Below, piece by piece: positions 26,383 through 30,927 of a stretch of 30,927 bases of DNA. The DNA is from Escherichia phage ESSI2_ev129. The DNA lies in the sequence record NC_049394.1; one strand, given 5' to 3'. The notes under the pieces are model-generated. The model did no database searches. It was not told where the DNA came from and saw nothing but the letters and a program-made list of their open reading frames with translations. Positions within the stretch are counted from its first letter, which is position 1, and each line of letters starts with the position of its first letter. The position numbers and the translations under genes were made by a program.

Positions 26383-26810
26383 TAGTGATTCCCCTGTTGC
26401 TGGAACTTATGGACGATATGCGGCGCGATCACCATCTGCACCCCGCCACTGCTATAAATGGGATGTACTTTTTTGATCGGGCGGTTCGCGGTGCGCTTCG
26501 AAAAATCGCTGTCACGTAAACTGCCGAAACCTTCAAACGTTAACCGCGCCCGTGAAATGCCCTGGCGCAGTTGAATCATGTCCCGATAGCCCAGGCGTTC
26601 ATAAATCTCACGCCAGCAGCACTTACTTAAATGGGCTTTAAATGCCCCGGTACCAGATGTAACCGCAGCAGCATGAAGCACTACGCCGCGCCACTCCGGT
26701 GTTAAGTTGTCCCACCATTCAGCGGCCTCGCTGCTTTCGCTGAAGTATTTGCGGCGGATCTGTTTTAAATGCTCCAGCCCGCGCTTTTGCTGTTCCTGGC
26801 TAATCGCCAT
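26382..26810 (-). CDS. Hypothetical early protein
   Basis: 142 aa; ATG 26808-26810 preceded by a G-rich Shine-Dalgarno; overlaps the upstream ORF by 11 nt. No motif recognised. Confidence 0.5.
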   Translation of the reverse strand: MAISQEQQKRGLEHLKQIRRKYFSESSEAAEWWDNLTPEWRGVVLHAAAVTSGTGAFKAHLSKCCWREIYERLGYRDMIQLRQGISRARLTFEGFGSLRDSDFSKRTANRPIKKVHPIYSSGGVQMVIAPHIVHKFQQQGNH

Positions 26811-27027
26811 AGCGCCCCCCTATACATCCAACCAGGCGACGGGCTTTTGTAGACAAGAAACGCAAAACCGCCCCGCTTTTCATTCGAACAGGCTCATGCG
26901 CATTGAATTTATACGTGTGGCCTGGGTTCCAGCGCTGGCCGTTCGGCAGTTCTATCCAGCCCGTTGAACCACTCGGCAACTGCATGGCTGGTGATTCTTT
27001 TTTCAGGTAAGTGACAAACGCTTTCAT
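26800..27027 (-). CDS. Hypothetical early protein (position analogous to 186 fil/dhr-type genes)
   Basis: 75 aa; ATG 27025-27027 with GAGGGA Shine-Dalgarno, 9 nt after the CII stop. Confidence 0.5.
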   Translation of the reverse strand: MKAFVTYLKKESPAMQLPSGSTGWIELPNGQRWNPGHTYKFNAHEPVRMKSGAVLRFLSTKARRLVGCIGGRYGD

Positions 27028-27036
27028 GGTGTTCCC

Positions 27037-27540
27037 TCACATCAGGCCGGTGGCGTTGGTTGTGACCAGATCCACCGCAGCGGCCAGAACTGGCGCAGAG
27101 TGAATACGGCTTTCAACGGTATAAGCCAGCACGGATAAGCTACGGATTGCATCGCGGGCACGATCCAGAATTTGAGTACGGCGGGCGGCGGTCATATGGC
27201 CAGTTGATACGGCTTCCCCAGCAATCGCGCCCACACACGCAGTAGCGCTCAACGCGCAAAATTGCATGTTGGCTTCAGTGGCGTTATTGACTGGAACGGA
27301 GGGCAAGCAGTTAATCTGCCCCAGCATCCCATCAAGTAAACGAGCATCTTCCGTGTAATCGGTGATAGCCAGCAGCTCGTCACAGGTCAGGCGGTGCGGT
27401 TGAACCGGGTTCAACTTATTGCGCAGGATCTGCGGACGCATACCAACGGCAGCGGCCACATCTTCCAGATTGTGCGACAGCGCAAACGCTCGGCAAGCTG
27501 CATCAAAATGTGCATGTTTGGAAGTTTGGTAATCAAACAT
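27037..27540 (-). CDS. cII: Phage regulatory protein CII (186-type lysogeny establishment factor)
   Basis: Track start is a GTG; refined to ATG 27538-27540. N-terminus MFDYQTSKHAHFDAACRAFALSHN..LRNKLNPVQPHRLTCDELLAITDYTED parallels 186 CII; 167 aa. Confidence 0.75.
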   Translation of the reverse strand: MFDYQTSKHAHFDAACRAFALSHNLEDVAAAVGMRPQILRNKLNPVQPHRLTCDELLAITDYTEDARLLDGMLGQINCLPSVPVNNATEANMQFCALSATACVGAIAGEAVSTGHMTAARRTQILDRARDAIRSLSVLAYTVESRIHSAPVLAAAVDLVTTNATGLM

Positions 27541-27572
27541 AGTCAGCACCCTCTCTGCGTTTCAAAATCGAA

Positions 27573-27794
27573 TCAGTTAAGTACGATGTTGCAACCCGCG
27601 AGGGCGTCTATGGTCAGAGCCGCGATATTGATCATGACTTTTTCACGCCCCATATCTTTGCGAAGGCGGTGACGAGGCAAGCGGCCATCTTTCAACATCG
27701 CTTCAACGGTATCTTCTGGTAAACCAGTGAGTTCGATGTATTTCTCTTTTGAGATAGAAGGGACGGGTAGATTGATTGAAATGTTAGTGGTCAT
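27573..27794 (-). CDS. Apl/Cox-family excisionase-repressor (tentative)
   Basis: 73 aa, first gene of the leftward early operon, immediately upstream of cII and divergent from cI, as apl in 186 / cox in P2. GAGGAA Shine-Dalgarno. Confidence 0.55.
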   Translation of the reverse strand: MTTNISINLPVPSISKEKYIELTGLPEDTVEAMLKDGRLPRHRLRKDMGREKVMINIAALTIDALAGCNIVLN

Positions 27795-27929
27795 AGTGCA
27801 AGATTCCTCGTTTGGAAGTTAACCGTGGCTAGCGGTGTTAAAAGGTGAACAACCTGTTTTGGAATGTTCGCCTGCAAAATAACTTTCCAAATGCGAAGTG
27901 TCAACCAATAACTTTCCCAAGGCGGAATT
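27795..27929. promoter_or_regulatory. Immunity switch region between apl and cI, with candidate operator repeats
   Basis: 135-bp gap between divergent apl/cox-like and cI starts. Four copies of a 9-11-bp motif: TTGGAAGTT (27812-27820), TTGGAATGTT (27859-27868) and, inverted, AACTTTCCAA (27881-27890) and AACTTTCCCAA (27910-27920). Confidence 0.5.
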
Positions 27930-28550
27930 ATGGATCTCAAAAACGGAGGCCAGGCAGTTATAACCAGGCTCCTTGAAGCTTATGGATTTAAGACAAGGCA
28001 GGCTTTATGCGACCAATTGAAAGTATCAACAAGCACCATGGGAACGAGATGGATGCGTGATGTATTCCCAGCTGACTGGGTTATACAGTGCACAATCGAA
28101 ACTGGTGCATCAGTAGAATGGCTATCGTTCGGAACAGGCGAGAAATTTCCCAACGGAACCAGCAAAAACGCAAATGAGAATGAAGATTCCGCAAATGAGA
28201 ACTTGTTAGGTGATGTTGTTTCTGTTACCCGAAAAAAGGTAATAGATGGAAATTTATACGATTCTAATTTTTACATGCTCGACAAAGCCATGCTCCCATC
28301 CCACCTCAGCAAACCCATTATTATTGTGGATGATGATGTCAGCTACTTAGCCGAGCAGAAAAATGATGAATTAACAGACGGTACATGGCTTGTTGAAATT
28401 GAAGGGCAAGTGAGCATAAAAGAGCTAATACGCATTCCAGTAGGCAGGGTTCGTGTAACCTCAGTGCCTGGTAGCGCTAGTTTTGAGTGCGGTATTGATG
28501 ACTTAAAACCTATCGCAAAATGCCACTACTACCTGCTGACAGATGTTTGA
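27930..28550 (+). CDS. cI: CI-type immunity repressor (186 CI-like; no LexA-like autocleavage domain evident)
   Basis: 206 aa; N-terminal helix-turn-helix-like region (..QALCDQLKVSTSTMGTRWMRDVFPADWVIQ..); no Ala-Gly / Ser-Lys S24 peptidase motifs recognised; upstream of int on the same strand. Confidence 0.7.
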   Translation: MDLKNGGQAVITRLLEAYGFKTRQALCDQLKVSTSTMGTRWMRDVFPADWVIQCTIETGASVEWLSFGTGEKFPNGTSKNANENEDSANENLLGDVVSVTRKKVIDGNLYDSNFYMLDKAMLPSHLSKPIIIVDDDVSYLAEQKNDELTDGTWLVEIEGQVSIKELIRIPVGRVRVTSVPGSASFECGIDDLKPIAKCHYYLLTDV

Positions 28551-28627
28551 TCGAGAGTGAAACAAACATTGACACTGTATAAATAAACAGTAAATCATAC
28601 CCTATAGCAAGTAATAAGGGGTATTGA

Positions 28628-29677
28628 ATGGCTATTCGTAAACTTGAAACGGGTAAATGGCTCTGTGAATGCTACCCTTCCGGACGTTCTGGGCGCAGGG
28701 TACGAAAACAATTTGCAACCAAAGGTGAGGCAATGGCCTTTGAGCGCCACACAATGGATGAAGCCGCGTCTAAACCGTGGCTGGGGGATGTTGTTGATCG
28801 CCGCTCTTTAAAAGACATTGTAAACCTCTGGTATAAACTGCATGGCATATCTCTTACGGCTGGCGAACACGTATATGAAAAACTACTGCTGATCGTGGAC
28901 GCACTAGGAAACCCTCTGGCTACATCGCTAACCCCAAAAATGTTTGCTCATTACCGCGATAAACGCCTAACCGGAGAGATTTATTTCAGCGAAAAATGGA
29001 AGAATGGCGCTAGCCCTGTAACGGTTAATCTTGAGCAAAGTTATTTAAGCGGTGCCTTTAGTGAACTGATTCGCTTGGGCGAATGGCTTCAGCCAAACCC
29101 TCTTGAAAACATGCGAAAATTTACCATTGCTGAAAAGGAAATGGCCTGGCTGACACATGAACAGATTGCTGAACTTCTGTATGACTGCCAGCGTCAGAAC
29201 AAGCTGTTGACGCTGGTTGTGAAGATTTGCCTCAGTACAGGAGCAAGGTGGAGAGAGGCCGTCAATCTGACAAGGTCTCAGGTAACGAAGTACCGCATCA
29301 CTTTCACCAGAACGAAGGGAAAGAAAAACAGAAGCATCCCTATTAGCAAGGAGCTATATGAAGAGATCACCGTGCTGAAGGGGTTTAAGTTTTTTGATGA
29401 TTACTATTTTCAATTTGCATCAGTGATGGATAAAACTTCCATCATTCTGCCGCGAGGCCAGCTAACGCACGTTCTTCGCCACACCTTTGCTGCTCACTTT
29501 ATGATGTCCGGAGGAAACATACTCGCCCTTCAAAAAATACTGGGGCACCACGATATAAAAATGACTATGCGCTATGCCCACCTCGCGCCAGATCACCTTG
29601 AAACTGCGTTAAGGTTTAACCCCTTAGCTACTATGCAAAATGGCGACAAAATGGCGGCAGCGGTTGCCACTCCCTAA
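28628..29677 (+). CDS. int: Tyrosine integrase (P2/186 family)
   Basis: 349 aa. Catalytic signature ..HVLRHTFAAHF.. (H-x-x-R) and ..MRYAHLAPDH (Tyr) near the C-terminus; TGARWREAV region (Arg box). Confidence 0.85.
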   Translation: MAIRKLETGKWLCECYPSGRSGRRVRKQFATKGEAMAFERHTMDEAASKPWLGDVVDRRSLKDIVNLWYKLHGISLTAGEHVYEKLLLIVDALGNPLATSLTPKMFAHYRDKRLTGEIYFSEKWKNGASPVTVNLEQSYLSGAFSELIRLGEWLQPNPLENMRKFTIAEKEMAWLTHEQIAELLYDCQRQNKLLTLVVKICLSTGARWREAVNLTRSQVTKYRITFTRTKGKKNRSIPISKELYEEITVLKGFKFFDDYYFQFASVMDKTSIILPRGQLTHVLRHTFAAHFMMSGGNILALQKILGHHDIKMTMRYAHLAPDHLETALRFNPLATMQNGDKMAAAVATP

Positions 29678-29739
29678 CCTTTAATACTCCTAACTACTCT
29701 TTTAACTTATTGAGTTTAAAGCAAGTAATTGTTTTTCCT

Positions 29740-29768
29740 AACCCATTTATATAAATGGGTTTTTTGTT
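29740..29768 (+). terminator. Rho-independent terminator after int (perfect 22-bp palindrome)
   Basis: AACCCATTTAT|ATAAATGGGTT perfect inverted repeat (29740-29761) followed by TTTTTGTT. Confidence 0.6.
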
Positions 29769-29933
29769 GCCTGAATTTTTCAACCCATGAAATCAATAGA
29801 TTACACCAACCATTTCCCATGCTTGGCGACAAAGTGGCGACACAACTAAAGTCCCTCCTTCCCACAACGAAAACCATTGTCTAAAAATCGTATTGATTTA
29901 AAATCCCTTTTTTTCTTGTCAGGATGACTAATC

Positions 29934-30551
29934 ATGACTTCCTACGACCAACTTAAAGAATGTATCCGCCTTGAAGTCATCGGCCATGACAAATCCTTTT
30001 CATGGCGTAAAGCGTTACTTCGTACCCGGCGTAATCAGAAGAAGCACTTCCTGTTCTGGTGGCGCATCGCTTCATGGCTCTATGGCCAGAATAGTAAGTT
30101 CAAAAAACGCATTGCCCGCAGAATTGAAAACCGCCTCAAGTACCGGCACAGCGTTGATATTTCCCTCTCCTGCAAAATTGGCAAGGGTTTAAACATTGCT
30201 CATCTGAACGCAATTGTTATTACTGATAATTGCGTGATTGGTGATTTTGCCGACCTGAAGCAAGGCATCACCATAGGGTTACGCACAGACAGTGCCGACG
30301 CGATGATAGTCATTGGCGATCATGTTGATATTGGCTGTAACTCGTCCATTCTGGGCGGCAAGGTAACGATCGGTAATAATGTCACCATTGGGGCGCATTC
30401 ACTGGTACTTCAGAACATCCCCGACGACACCGTTTATAAAAACAAAATTATGCCGGTGTACACGTCAAAACTGCCACAGCAGGAAAATCAGCCTTTCGTC
30501 ACGGGTAATGCGACAAAGGAAGCGCCCCGTTCCGCAGAAGTAGCACTGTAA
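29934..30551 (+). CDS. Hexapeptide-repeat (left-handed beta-helix) acetyltransferase, serine-acetyltransferase/WcaB-like
   Basis: 205 aa; AGGA Shine-Dalgarno 9 nt before the ATG. Hexapeptide repeats ..ITDNCVIGDFADLKQGITIG..VIGDHVDIGCNSSILGGKVTIGNNVTIGAHSLV... Markedly AT-rich gene and flanks compared with the rest of the window. Confidence 0.7.
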   Translation: MTSYDQLKECIRLEVIGHDKSFSWRKALLRTRRNQKKHFLFWWRIASWLYGQNSKFKKRIARRIENRLKYRHSVDISLSCKIGKGLNIAHLNAIVITDNCVIGDFADLKQGITIGLRTDSADAMIVIGDHVDIGCNSSILGGKVTIGNNVTIGAHSLVLQNIPDDTVYKNKIMPVYTSKLPQQENQPFVTGNATKEAPRSAEVAL

Positions 30552-30878
30552 TTTCGATGTACAAATTTCAGTTGTGAAGATTTCATAAATTTACGCGCAG
30601 CCCGCGCCAGCACTTACAAGCGGGCTTCTCTCTATGATGTCAGGCTTCCCGTCCAACGATCCACAAATACCGCCTAAAATATAATTTTTCCTTTATATTC
30701 TGTAGGTTGCAACTTCACACCGATCCCTCACAGATCCTTTTTACTGAAAAAAAATGAAATTTCTTTCAATCATTTCAGTTTCTGTTCTCCGCAAAGCCGC
30801 CAGTAATGGCGCGATCTGGCGCTCTGGTTTGTAGAAAAATAAAACTGAAAAAATTTCCAGATCCAGAAACCGCAGGCG

Positions 30879-30927
30879 CTGTCTCTTATACACATCTGAC
30901 GCTGCCGACGATCTACTCTGTGTAGAT
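30879..30927. other. Illumina Nextera adapter read-through (library artifact)
   Basis: CTGTCTCTTATACACATCT + GACGCTGCCGACGA + TCTACTCT + GTGTAGAT; reverse complement of bases 1-43 plus six further adapter bases. Confidence 0.9.

Noticed and set aside
30599-30627. Hairpin AGCCCGC/GCGGGCT after the acetyltransferase as a terminator.
   Set aside because: The 7-bp stem has a 15-nt loop and only a weak T-tract, so the evidence is insufficient.
30754-30835. 26-codon ORF (MKFLSIISVSVLRKAASNGAIWRSGL) near the right end.
   Set aside because: Too short, with no Shine-Dalgarno or conservation evidence; it lies in an AT-rich intergenic stretch.
1-30927. Terminal inverted repeats ending in the 19-bp Tn5 mosaic end, suggesting a composite transposon.
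   Set aside because: The repeats include the Illumina-specific TCGTCGGCAGCGTC segment and an index-like octamer, so they are library adapters. No transposase gene is present.

Overview
The window is a near-complete temperate P2-family (P2/186-like) myophage genome or excised prophage of about 30.8 kb, bounded at both ends by Illumina Nextera adapter sequence, which is a library/assembly artifact. Minus strand, read from high to low coordinates: capsid scaffold O, major capsid N, small terminase M, an unexpected His-rich tandem-repeat mini-gene, head completion L, tail completion R/S-like proteins, sheath-like and tube-like proteins, a lysis cassette (holin, M15 endolysin, overlapping spanins), a tail chaperone with a -1 frameshift site, tape measure, baseplate W/J/I-like proteins, a collar-domain tail fibre with HxH repeats, tail fibre assembly protein, two unassigned proteins and a hub-spike fusion. 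Plus strand: large terminase P, portal Q and an Ogr/Delta zinc-finger gene. The early/lysogeny region carries replication initiator A, tandem Dam and C5-cytosine methyltransferases (the latter with a two-frame anomaly), an ASCH-like protein, a DnaQ-like exonuclease, four small unknown ORFs, CII and Apl/Cox on the minus strand, then CI repressor and tyrosine integrase on the plus strand, followed by an AT-rich hexapeptide acetyltransferase. A consensus LexA box lies upstream of a small ORF downstream of A. No rRNA, tRNA, CRISPR array or cos site was recognised. All protein family calls rest on motif recognition by eye; no searches were run. The six-frame track counts TTG/GTG as starts, so several starts were moved to the first ATG with a Shine-Dalgarno.
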